Below, in pieces: positions 24,788 to 35,273 of a DNA stretch of 64,000 bases. Positions within the stretch are counted from its first letter, which is position 1. Each line of letters begins with the position of its first letter. Source of the stretch: Blepharisma stoltei ATCC 30299 (Eukaryota; Protista; Ciliophora); NCBI GenBank assembly GCA_965603825.1, contig CBFDEM010000002.1, positions 310,001-374,000 on the forward strand. The letters are read 5' to 3'. The translations under genes and the position numbers were made by a program. The notes below the pieces were generated by a model, which saw only the letters and a list, made by a program, of their open reading frames with translations, was not told the DNA's origin and did no database searches.

Positions 24788-25846
24788 ATGCTTAATACTC
24801 CTCGGCATAACAAAGCTTTATCCGAAGGAGAAGGATATGAGAGCGTAAAAATCAAGCAAAGCCAAGCAAATAATATGGAAACAGTGCTTAATAAGAAATT
24901 TTCCTGGATTAGGAAAAGCTATTTGAAAGGATTAAGCAGAGAAATCCATAAAAGGATGGATTTTCAATCTGACGAAAAAATGCCTCACCCTGTCCTTATG
25001 AAGAAAGAAATAAAGGGAATTGTGCCTGATCTTCCAGAAAAAAGTAAAATCATATTGGCGTCACCAATTTCAATAGAATCAAAGCCTTTATTGATGGTCG
25101 GTTTTGATAACAAAACGCTGAAACGGCCTAATCTTCTGTCTTTGAAGGCAAATGCTAAAAGCAAAACTCATCACTCCCATAGAAACTCATCTTCAATTGA
25201 TTATACTAGCAATGAAAAAACCATTAAAAGCAAAGACTGCTCATATTTCACAAAAAGAAATTTAATCATTCCAAAAATTAATATTACAGAATCACTAAAT
25301 AAAAGTGATATAACAAATTCAAACATTTCTGACTCAGCCAGACATTTCCTTGAATCATATCTTGCTTTTAAATCATCTGGCAAAAAATATAATAATTGTA
25401 AAAGAAAATTGGTTACATATGAGACTGAAAATAGTCTTATAATTGACTGTAGGAAAGAAATAGAAAAACCAGAGTGATCAGAGAGGAATAAACTAATTAC
25501 TAGAGATATCGAAATTCAAACCCAAGAATTAAATGATGATAAGGAGCCAGGAGAATTTCTTACGTCTAGGAATATGGAAATCCCCGTTTTCATTAATCGT
25601 AGTCATGCTAGATTGAAAAAAATTAAAAAAATAAATAGAAAAAGTGCATTTTTGTCATCAGAAACAAAGCCATTAATGAAAACTCTTAGTATGCAAATTG
25701 AAAATTTATTAAGCCCTTCCAATCATAATAAAAGTGAGCTTATAGGAATAGAAAAAAAATTAAAAGCATGCGTAATACAAATTGAAAGTATACCAAAAGT
25801 CAAAAGCCCAAGAGCAAGATCTGAAAAAAGGAGAATTTTATTATAA
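24788..25846 (+). CDS. Hypothetical basic protein (352 aa)
   Basis: Two in-frame ORFs joined through TGA 25475. Confidence 0.7.
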
Positions 25847-25979
25847 TATTAAGCTATTTAAACTGAATTTCTCATTTTCATTATAACTATTAATAATTTA
25901 TTGCCAATAAATATCATTTTTTCCGGAGGTATTTTATAATATTTTTTCATGAGTTTAATTTTTGGCAAAACAAATAAAA

Positions 25980-28900
25980 ATGGCTAGTTATATTTAATAA
26001 TAAAGCGAAAATTACAGACTCAGAAGAAAAAATAATTGAATTAGAGCGACAGTACTCAAAGCTCGAATCTGACCTCAGCCAAGAGAAAGACCTTCATGAA
26101 AGAAAAATAAAGCATCTAGAGCAGCTCCTCGAAGAATCAAGAAGCAGAGAAAAATCCTACTTAAGTGAGCTAAAATCCTTAAAAAAGGAGCACACCCAGT
26201 CAATTAAAGATATTTATTCTCGCAATGATTTAAAAATAAAAGATTTGCAAAGCAAGCTTGATATAGAAGCAGAAAGAGTCTCAGATCTTGAAAGGCAAAT
26301 TGACGAAAAAGAAAATAATTATGAACGAGAAAAATCAAAATTAGAAGAAGAAACAATGAAAATAAAAATAACCATAACTGAGCTGAATCAACAAATTGAA
26401 GGAATTATTCTAAAGAATGAAAGAAAAGAAAACGATTACAAGAAAAAAATTGCTGAGCTTATGAAAGAAAACGAAACAAATATTAAACAATTTAGAAATA
26501 AAATCATAGAAAGTGAGGCAAAATATAAGGAAGCGGATAAAAGCTTAAAAGAAGTTCAGGCAATTTGAAAAAGAGATGAAGCTTTATTAAAACAAAAGCT
26601 GGAATTTGCAGAGCAAGAAGTAAGTGAAGTACAAAAAGAGCTGGAGAGCTATAAAAATAGAAATATTTCTATAGCTGAAACGATAAATAGCCCTTTAGAA
26701 AATATTGAATTAATTGTACATCGATTAAATAACCAGTTTCAAGAAGACTTAAGAAAGAGAGAAAATGAATTTTCAGCGACTAAAAAAAGTCTGGAAGCTC
26801 AATTAGAAATCTTGACAAAGGAAAAAAATGAGGTTGAGTTCCTGCTAAAGCTCAGTAAAAATGAATGGGACGCCCAAAAGGAATCTTTGATGCAAGAAAT
26901 TGAGAACTTTGGAGAGGAAAATAAGAAGCTAATAGAGGATTTGAAAAATAATCAAAATGAAAATTCCCAGTCAATGCAGGATCTGCAAGCTAAATATGAG
27001 AAAAAAGTAAAGCTTCTAGAATATCAGATCGAAGAATCCAAAACTAAGCATAAAGAAGAATTGGGTTCTGCGAAAGCAAACGCTGAAATGACTTATAAAC
27101 AGTTAAAAGATTTTTATGAATCTGAAAAATCAAGATTAGAGAAAAAAGTAATTGATGAAAACGAACGCTGCGAAAGGAAGTTCAATGATGTCTGCAAAGA
27201 ATATGAGGAGAGATTGAAATCTCAAGCTGATGAAGCAGAAGCTGAAATTCTTCAAAGAGATGAAGAATTGCAGCAATATGAAATTTACCTGAATGAAGAA
27301 ACCAATAACCTAAAGCATCAACTTGGACTTAGCGATCAAAAAATTCAGTCCCTAGAAAAGCAGTTAAAAGAATCCAAAGATCAGCTAGATTCTTTACAAA
27401 AATCTCATTTAAAAAACACTGAGCAAATGCATGATTTAAACGCAAAAGAAAGAACAGCTTTGAATGAAAAAATCGAAAAACTAGCATTGGAAATTTCACA
27501 GAAAGACAAAGAACTCTCATCATTAACATTTAAACAAGAGCAGCTTCTGTCAGCGTTAGAAAATAAAGAAATTGAATGGGAAGAGACAAAGATTCAGCTT
27601 CAAAAAGAAAAAGAAAATTTGTCTATTAAACTTGAGAACACCAAGGATATTTTAAATAAAGCAACTGAAGAATATTCTCTAAAAAGCAATGATTTTAAAA
27701 GAGAAATGGCACTTGCTAAGCAAGATATGGAATTTAAATCAAAAAGAATTGAAGAATTGGAAAAAAGTTTGCAGCTGTCTGAAGAAAAATATAGGGATAC
27801 TCTCATTAGCTGGAGAGATCAGACTGGGATCGATATTCCTGAAAAAATGAGAGAGTTGACTCAGACAAACGAAAAATTGCAGAAAAAATTAGAGGAAAAG
27901 AGAAAATCTTTTAAAGAATTATTATCTTCTAGCAATAAACAAATAGCATCACTTGAAAAAGAAAGAGCTGTTTTGGCTGAAAAAGTGGTGAATTTAGATT
28001 CTAAAAAACTGGAGCTTGAAAACCGATTTAGGGCTGAAATCGACCAATTGATGATTCAATTGAAAGAAAAAAAGGATGAAGATGGCAGTGAAAAATTTGG
28101 ATTAAAATTAGAAAACGAACGACTTAAAACAATGCTGCAAGAAATCCAAAAAGAAAATGGAGAAAAAGATGCTACAAGAGATAGAGAAAGGATACTATGG
28201 GAAAATAAATTTAATTTTCTTCTACAACAAAGAGAAAAAGCACGACAAGATTTGATGGAAACCCAGAAAAAGTTTGATATCACTTTAGAGCAGCTCCAAA
28301 AGAGAGGAGCAAGCGATAAAGAAAAGCTTGAAGGCGCCACAAATTCTTTAATTACATCAATAGAGTCCCGATATACATCTCAAATCAGAGATTTGCAAGA
28401 AGCTCATCAGCAAGTGCTTATTGAAATGAACGATCGTAACAAACAGCTGGAAAAAGATGGAAGATCACTACGTGAACATTTAGAAATGGAAAAAAGAGGC
28501 AGGCTTATTGATATTTCTTCTTTTGAGAAAAAAATCCAGGACTTGCTTGAAAATGAAAATAAGCTCATCAATGAAATAGAATTTTTGAAAAAAAATAGAG
28601 AAAAATACAGCTCAGATCTTCATGAAAGTTTTTCATATGAAAAAGATAGGCTAAAAACAAAGCTGTTTGATTGTGAAAAAAGGATGAAAGAGCTTGAGCT
28701 GCAAAAAGCACAGCAATTTTTAGATCATGAAAAAGAAAAAGCTAAATGAAACTTAGAAAGAGACATTTTAGTCGCAAAAAATTCAGAATCGCTAGAAGTC
28801 ATTGGCAGACTTGAGAAGAAGAAAGATTTACTTTTGAAAGATAATGAAAAACTAAAGGTTGAAAGAGGAGCTAAAAGGCATGCAACTGGAGTACTTTTGA

Positions 28901-29226
28901 AAAAGGAACATTATAGACAAAACTCGGGTAATATGTCAATGTCATTCGAAGAAGCTGAAAAAGATGAAGGAAACCAGAGCCCTTATAAAAATAGAAATAT
29001 AAATCTTGGAGCATCGATGAACCTTCAAAATATTCAAAGCTTTAGAGATCCAACCTATAATATAAGGCCTCAAACTATAAGGGTAAAAAGAGGAGCTAGC
29101 CCTTTAGCTAAAAGTGAGCAGTCTCAAGACAGCTATAAAGATAGCAGCCCTTCAATATCAAAATACTCAGATAGCCCTCCTGTAAAACATGAGAGATCAA
29201 GAAGTGGAAAATTCACTAAATTTTAA
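25980..29226 (+). CDS. Giant coiled-coil protein (~1070 aa)
   Basis: Open frame from 25978 to TAA 29224 with TGA at 26566 and 28747. Continuous heptads. Start uncertain: ATG 25980 needs a 19-nt intron, otherwise the first in-frame ATG is 26356. Confidence 0.8.
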
Positions 29227-29311
29227 TTTAAGTAAACTAATTTCCTAACATATATTATTTAATTCTTAATTTTTCATAAAATTTAGCTGAACAATCATTC
29301 TTTTGGCTAAA

Positions 29312-29584
29312 ATGCACAGAACTCATTCAAGCTCAAAACATATTACAAATTCTTCATTGACTCCTATTTCTACATCCAAAATAGTTTATCAAATTCTCAA
29401 TGAGCGGCCTTCTCGAAAAAATCGTTTGAGGCGCTCCAGCAAAAGAGGAAAAAGTATGGAAAATCTGAACAATAGCAAAATGACTGATGCTAGTTTCCCA
29501 AAAATATATAAAAATCACAATAAAATCAAATGTAAGAAGTGCGTAAAGTTCTCATATTTATTTGAAAAGGCACTGATTGAATAA
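29312..29584 (+). CDS. Small basic hypothetical protein
   Basis: 90-aa ORF with AT-rich flanks. No recognisable motif. Confidence 0.45.
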   Translation: MHRTHSSSKHITNSSLTPISTSKIVYQILNERPSRKNRLRRSSKRGKSMENLNNSKMTDASFPKIYKNHNKIKCKKCVKFSYLFEKALIE

Positions 29585-29845
29585 AGTAAATTTAATCTAT
29601 TATATTGATTTGGATGAAGTTATTAAAACCACCAAGTTAATGCATATTTAATTATATAAACTATTAATAAAAATAATCGATAAAATCTATTTCAAATCGG
29701 AAATAAATAGAAGATCTAAATAATCTTTTTTCTTAATAGTCTGAATATGCAAATAGTGTATATAGCCTCTTGAATAATGATTAATGAGTTTTAGCACTGT
29801 TCATTAAATAAGAACAGCTGATTATAGTATAATTTATAGTTATAA

Positions 29846-30136
29846 ATGTCAGAAAAACCTAGGAGGATTTTGCCATGGCAAGCTGAGGGATTAAAGAAAA
29901 ATCGCAATTGAACTGAAAGAAAAAAGAATAGAAAAATTCATGGCCTTGTGAAAATAAGAGTAAAAATTTCAAGTTTGGGGGCTAAAATAGCAGACTATAA
30001 TGATAAAGTAGGGGAAAACATCATTTTGCATCATCCGCTGACTACATCTGACTTTTGCATGAACGCTCATCCTTCCAAGATTTTAGAGCCACCCCCACGA
30101 AAAATACGAAGATTAAATGAAAATATTAACATTTAA
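29846..30136 (+). CDS. Small basic hypothetical protein (96 aa)
   Basis: ATG 29846 MSEKPRRILPW, one TGA, in frame with track ORF 29948-30136. Confidence 0.55.
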
Positions 30137-30195
30137 TCAGTTTTTGAATTATTATACGGCATTAAGTAACTTCGATAGTTGATATTTCTAAAAAC

Positions 30196-30459
30196 TTATG
30201 TGAATATTGAATTTTTCTTCTCCCAGACGGCTCTCTTATATTTCGTTCTGTGCCTCAAAAGTGAAAAAAGCATCGATAACAACGCTGGAAAAAGTTCTAT
30301 TAATCTACAAAGTTCATCTGCGGTATTATTCTCAAGGCAATTTGCAAGAATTCTATAAGAGGAGTAGCTATTTTCATAGTAAACTCCTGTAGCTATAAGT
30401 GCAAGAATAGCGAAAAATGCTTGAATAATCTCACACACTGATCATTGCTAAAATAAATT
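30196..30459 (-). pseudogene. Truncated duplicate of the SK-type K+ channel N-terminus
   Basis: NLF*QWSVCEIIQAFFAILALIATGVYYENSYS aligns with ELFSKWRACETVHAIFAIIGIVVVTLDYEYSYS of the adjacent gene. No in-frame ATG, in-frame TAG, and it ends before the pore. Confidence 0.7.
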
Positions 30460-30537
30460 TTACCTAACTAATAAATTTCTTTGAATTTTATAATAGATTC
30501 TCTTGGGCTAAATCGACGGCTTTTCATATATTATTAA

Positions 30538-31821
30538 TTACGTTAATGAAGTATCATTATTCATGTTTCTAATCATCTTTGACAAGTTGTCAGCCTTTTT
30601 CAAAAGCCTATTTACCTCAGCATCAATATTTGCGCAGCGGGCCCTAGCTTCTTTTATAGCTTTTTCTTTTTGCCCTACAATTTCATTAAGTTCTCCTTTT
30701 TTATGTTGAAAATCATATACTGCCTCTTTATACTTTCCATACAAGGACACCGAGATCGGGTGGCCTTTGCCTCTTTTTATTTTTGAAACAAAATATTTCA
30801 TCCCGGCTTGGATTGTTATGGCAGCTGCAGAAGTCATCAAAATACTCATGAAGGCTTTATTTTGTTTTTCGTTTAAACTGACAAAGCTACCAAATCTAAC
30901 AATGACGATTGTTAAGCTTAGTGCTCCCATAATGTATCCTAATACCACAGCTATTCTTCCACAAATGCTAATTGGATAGAAATCGCCGTACCCTACAGTT
31001 GACATGCTTGCAAACATACATCATAAAGCATTTAATGGATTTTGAAAATCTTGGCCTGTTATTTCATCAAGAGGCCTCTCGAAAATTCTTAGCATTTGTG
31101 ATAGGATAAAAAGTGATGGAATCGCCATAAAAGTTATCGTTTTAATAACAGGAGACTTTTTCATCATACATTTAAATGAAAATCTTAAGTTTGCAGAGAC
31201 ATGATTTTTTTGGCAATATCTTCTTGCTATATAATTTTCATATGGTGTATAGTTTGCAAGCGCTCGAATTAGGAACATGAATCTGGCAAACATGAAGAAA
31301 TATGTGACTTCTGCGAAGGTGTAGCAAGTTCATATAGTTTCATATTGGTGTCTTAATGGGATGTAAATTTTTCAATCAACATATGGATAAGGGATGATAA
31401 GTAAAGTAACAATTTCTATAATTCTTAATTTGGTGAAGAAGGGCTTCTTATCATAAACCTGCTCAACAGGAAATTTCGATAATGACATTGTGACGGGTAT
31501 GTAAATCTCTTTTTCAGACAAATAAGACTCCCTTCGATTTTTAATATAATACCTCAGCAGCAAAAATCATAAAGATATAAACGTTGTTAGTAAATTCAAA
31601 ATTAAATACAAATCAGTTCTTCGAGTGCTTATTGAGCAATTTGTTGAATTTCTATCATTGCTATAGCTATACTCATAATCTAAAGTGACGACTACAATTC
31701 CAATAATTGCAAATATTGCATGAACTGTCTCACATGCTCTCCACTTCGAAAATAATTCTTGAGAAATATCAATCCTCCTATTTTTTCTCCTAAGTGATAA
31801 GTTTTCCTTTTCCGAGTCCAT
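30538..31821 (-). CDS. Small-conductance Ca2+-activated (SK/KCNN-like) potassium channel
   Basis: NALW(TGA)CMFASMSTVGYGDFYP selectivity filter, LRIFERP, IIPYP, AAAITIQ calmodulin-binding helix, C-terminal coiled coil. 4 TGA. Confidence 0.92.
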
Positions 31822-31833
31822 ATCTTAATTTGT

Positions 31834-32772
31834 TTAAAAAATTGTTCTATTAATTAACACTGGATGAAACCAATGAGGGTTAGCTATTTGGCTATCAATT
31901 TCTATTGGCTTTGTTAATTCTAACTGTTTTGATAGCTCTAATATTTCTAGCTCTATTTGTCGAACCTGAGGTGGTTTTTGAATTACTTCTGGCTCTTCAC
32001 TTATAAGTGTAACTTTTCTATATTCCCACGGCCTAACACCTAAATCAACTAGCATTTTGTTACTGACATAATACCGTAGTATATTCCACTTATCGATACA
32101 CTCAGAAGTGTGCATTGTTTGGCAGCAGCTGAACTTGAACTTTTTACAAAGCTCACTTGGGCTGTCGTTTGAAAATAAATAATCTATGTACAACTGATAG
32201 GACTCTCGCACTTCATTGCTTTCGAAATAGGACTTGCAGTAGGAATTATTGAAGCTTTTACTGAGATCTTGGTCTTTTTCTTCCATTTTTTGTCTTTTAG
32301 TTTGGCCATCTGTCTTAGGTCCTTGCTCCGTTTTGCAGACTATTTGAAGCACTTCTTTGTTTTTTTCATAGCACTGCTTCAATTTATCGTATGCATCGAA
32401 GCTTTCTTTTGAGGTGTGAATTTGGTTAAGAGTTTTCCTTGGGATGATATTGTTTGCAATATTCCGGATTAATCTTTTGTGTCCTCGAATGATCTGGCAT
32501 CTCAGGTATTCTTTTTTGGGTGGCTTTTTGCCTTGAGCCCTCCGAAAGGAGCCAAGAATGAGGGTGTCTTCTGATGTTTTTCTTCCTGCACGCTTTTTAG
32601 CTGTGATGGAATTTTCATTTGAGAGAATTGATGAGGAGCCATTTTGACCCATAGGGGATGGAATCATGATGAATGATGCACTGAATTCTGGGTCCATTTC
32701 AGTACATTGGGTTACAGGAGATGATTTGTCTGAACATGATTCAGAGCATGTTGAAGTCTCTTCGCTAAGCAT
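31834..32772 (-). CDS. Uncharacterised protein, candidate DNA-binding family
   Basis: Intact 312-aa ORF. Ser-rich N-terminus, KKRAGRK, KKEYLRCQIIRGHKR, GPKTDG, SFNNSYC, LCKKFKFSCC. Confidence 0.8.
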   Translation of the reverse strand: MLSEETSTCSESCSDKSSPVTQCTEMDPEFSASFIMIPSPMGQNGSSSILSNENSITAKKRAGRKTSEDTLILGSFRRAQGKKPPKKEYLRCQIIRGHKRLIRNIANNIIPRKTLNQIHTSKESFDAYDKLKQCYEKNKEVLQIVCKTEQGPKTDGQTKRQKMEEKDQDLSKSFNNSYCKSYFESNEVRESYQLYIDYLFSNDSPSELCKKFKFSCCQTMHTSECIDKWNILRYYVSNKMLVDLGVRPWEYRKVTLISEEPEVIQKPPQVRQIELEILELSKQLELTKPIEIDSQIANPHWFHPVLINRTIF

Positions 32773-33128
32773 ATTTTTACAGATAAAACCCTATTATTCT
32801 ATATTTCTCTATTAACAGAAAGCATAAAAAAATGAAGTTTCTGTGCATTGGAATTAATTAGAAATTTCGAAAATATCGAAAAATGGGAAATAAGGAGATA
32901 TCAATAATTCAAAAAATCAAGCTTAACTCAAAGGCTAAGTTTAAAATTAATTAAAGGGGTTCCAATAAAATTATTCTAATTAAACATAAAAATATTTAAT
33001 TATTTAAATTAACACTAGTTATTGGAATATAAAAAATTACTTTTTAAGATTATAATATTGCTTTTGGATTTTCGTTTTTAAATGTATCATATAGGTTTCG
33101 CATTAAATTCTTAAATAAAGATAATAAA

Positions 33129-34157
33129 ATGGAAGAGGTTTTCCTAATTTTATTCATAATCAGTGGACTTATCATTGTTTGGGTTCGCCCAATAAGGAAT
33201 ACCATGATTGCTTGGAAAGAATACAAACGAAAGTGGCTGATTTATTGAATGAGTTTAGGAATTTTGACTTTCCTTGAAAGAAATTTATACCCAAACTTAG
33301 CTCGAAGTTTTGGATATTATTTTATTAGAACAATAGGTTTATTTTATATTTCTGAGCCTGTATTATTAAATGACATAAAAAAAGGCTTTGAAAAGATAAA
33401 ATCAGGTGGCAGAGACAATAAAGGTTTAAGCACATCTATTGATAAAATCTCAGAAGCCAAAAGTATAAAAGAACTTGAAATCTTATTAGAAACCAATATT
33501 CCTATAAGTCTAGGTGAAGCTGGAATTCATCCATGGGCCACAAATCCAACAACAATGAGTTCTTTGACAGCTATGAGGATTGGCATGATTGCTTCAGAAA
33601 ATAAATTTACTGAAGAAGACTATAAAGAGATCATTAAAAGCAAAATTTTAGATATCTTATTAGACGGAGTCAAAACTATCGATCCAGCACAAATTGATAA
33701 TTGCCTACTAGCTTTGTCGTTTCTATCAGAAAAAAACAAAAAAATTCGGAAGCATCTATTAAGAAAATATGCATTTGATGATTTGAGAAAATGCATTTAT
33801 GATGCCAAAACGATAAGAGCTTCTACAGCAGCAAGAATATGCAGGAATATTTATTTTAAAAATTTTGCTGCACAAAGAGAATTTATAGCGAAAGGATATA
33901 TTGAGGCTTTAATGAGATTAATTAAAAAATGCGAGTCAGATCCGACAGGAACTTTGGAAATATTGCAAGGAATGATGGATTTAATTTTGGTAATATTTAT
34001 TTAGCTTAACGAAGATAAGATGAATACACAATCTATACATTTATTGAGAAATATGGGGCTAATAAATATTTTACAAGAAATAGATGCAAAGCACGGCTCA
34101 AGAAATGAAGTCAAAATTGCTTTATCTATGCTTAGGACAATTCTTACATCAGTTTAA
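33129..34157 (+). CDS. Membrane protein with TB2/DP1/HVA22 (REEP)-like N-terminus and ARM-like helical repeats
   Basis: ATG 33129, hydrophobic helix, then KWLIYW(TGA)MSLGILTFLE. Downstream ARM-like units (CLLALSFLS, AARICRNI, FIAKGYIEALMRLI). 15-nt intron at 33990-34004. Confidence 0.75.
33990..34004 (+). other. 15-nt spliceosomal intron GTAATATTTATTTAG
   Basis: GT-AG, A at position 10. Contains the in-frame TAG that ends the track ORF. Removal extends the ORF by 50 codons. Confidence 0.88.
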
Positions 34158-34626
34158 AATAGTTAAATTAATTGAAAGCTTCTATAAGTTAAGATGAGAA
34201 AAGCTATTGCACATAAGATTCATTTATATTTTCAAAAAAATTATATGATTTTATTTTAATAGTAATATGGGATATATCATTAAAATATATAATAGATAAT
34301 AAATAAAATTAATGATTGAATTCAACACATAATCTTATCCTATTTACTTTAAATACAAAACAACACAAATCAGACTAAAGGAAAACAGAGATATATAAAT
34401 TATTTATGCGAATCATAAAATTGAAATAGAAGATGACTGCCAGATTGATCGATAAATCTGTTTCAAAACATTTTTAAATCACAGATTTGCGTATAAATCG
34501 CAGAATCTTTTATTATTTATTATTTCCAAGAATGGGTAGAATGAGAAAAAGGCAGTTGGGTGGGCTGGGGTGAGTTTTAAATTTGACCATCCTGAAATAA
34601 AATTCGTTTAATAGATTAGCGATAAT

Positions 34627-35199
34627 TTATTGTGTTGAAAATCTATTAAAGAAATTATCAACGTATTTTTGATGATTGAAATTATTGGGGTCATGATTAA
34701 AAATTTGCACTGTTTCTTCGTATAATCCTCCTTCTATATAATGTGCTAAAAATGCTTTTAACAAGAGTTCAGCCTCAGGCTTTGCAATTAAAAAGTCCAC
34801 AATATCACCTCTTACTGGAACTATTCCTTTCTTTGCCAAAAGCTCGTCAAATAGTGTCAATACAAAGTAAGGAGTTGCTGTGGCTGGATTTTTCTTAAAA
34901 TCTTCTAAATACGTCAATAAATTAGATTTTTCTTGTGCTTGTGAAACTAAAACAAAGTGGCCCGCTTTTCTCTTCAGCGGGAAAATAAAAATCGGTGAAG
35001 CCTTGGTTCTTCTCAAAAGTAAATCATATTGATGAGCTGTAATTACTGTAGACACATTATTTGGACGATTTAGGTGATATTCATTTCATATTCTTTTGAT
35101 TTCTGAAGGCTCTTCCTTCTCAATAAGCGAAAGTTTAACGATTTCTCTCATTTTTCGAGGGCATGGGTATGTGAACACAAATGCCCTCCTTAATATCAT
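34627..35199 (-). CDS. ATP11: Mitochondrial F1-ATPase assembly chaperone ATP11/ATPAF1
   Basis: CPRKMREIVKLSL, IKRIW(TGA)NEYH, PIFIFPL, TYLEDFK, PYFVLTLFDEL..KGIVPVRGDI, FNHDPNNF. Confidence 0.9.
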
Positions 35200-35273
35200 T
35201 TTTTTGTAATTCTAAAATAAATTTTAATATTTTTTAGCTAAATTAGTGCTTCACCAATTTTCTCTGAGTTTAT

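Noticed and set aside
31822-31836. Stop read-through fusing the 31834 gene to the SK channel
   Set aside because: The genes are in frame, but the 12-nt spacer contains a second TAA.
34435-34600. Telomerase RNA or U5 snRNA
   Set aside because: No CCCTAACA-type template, and the U5 loop GCCUUUUAC is not matched. Kept only as an unclassified structured element.
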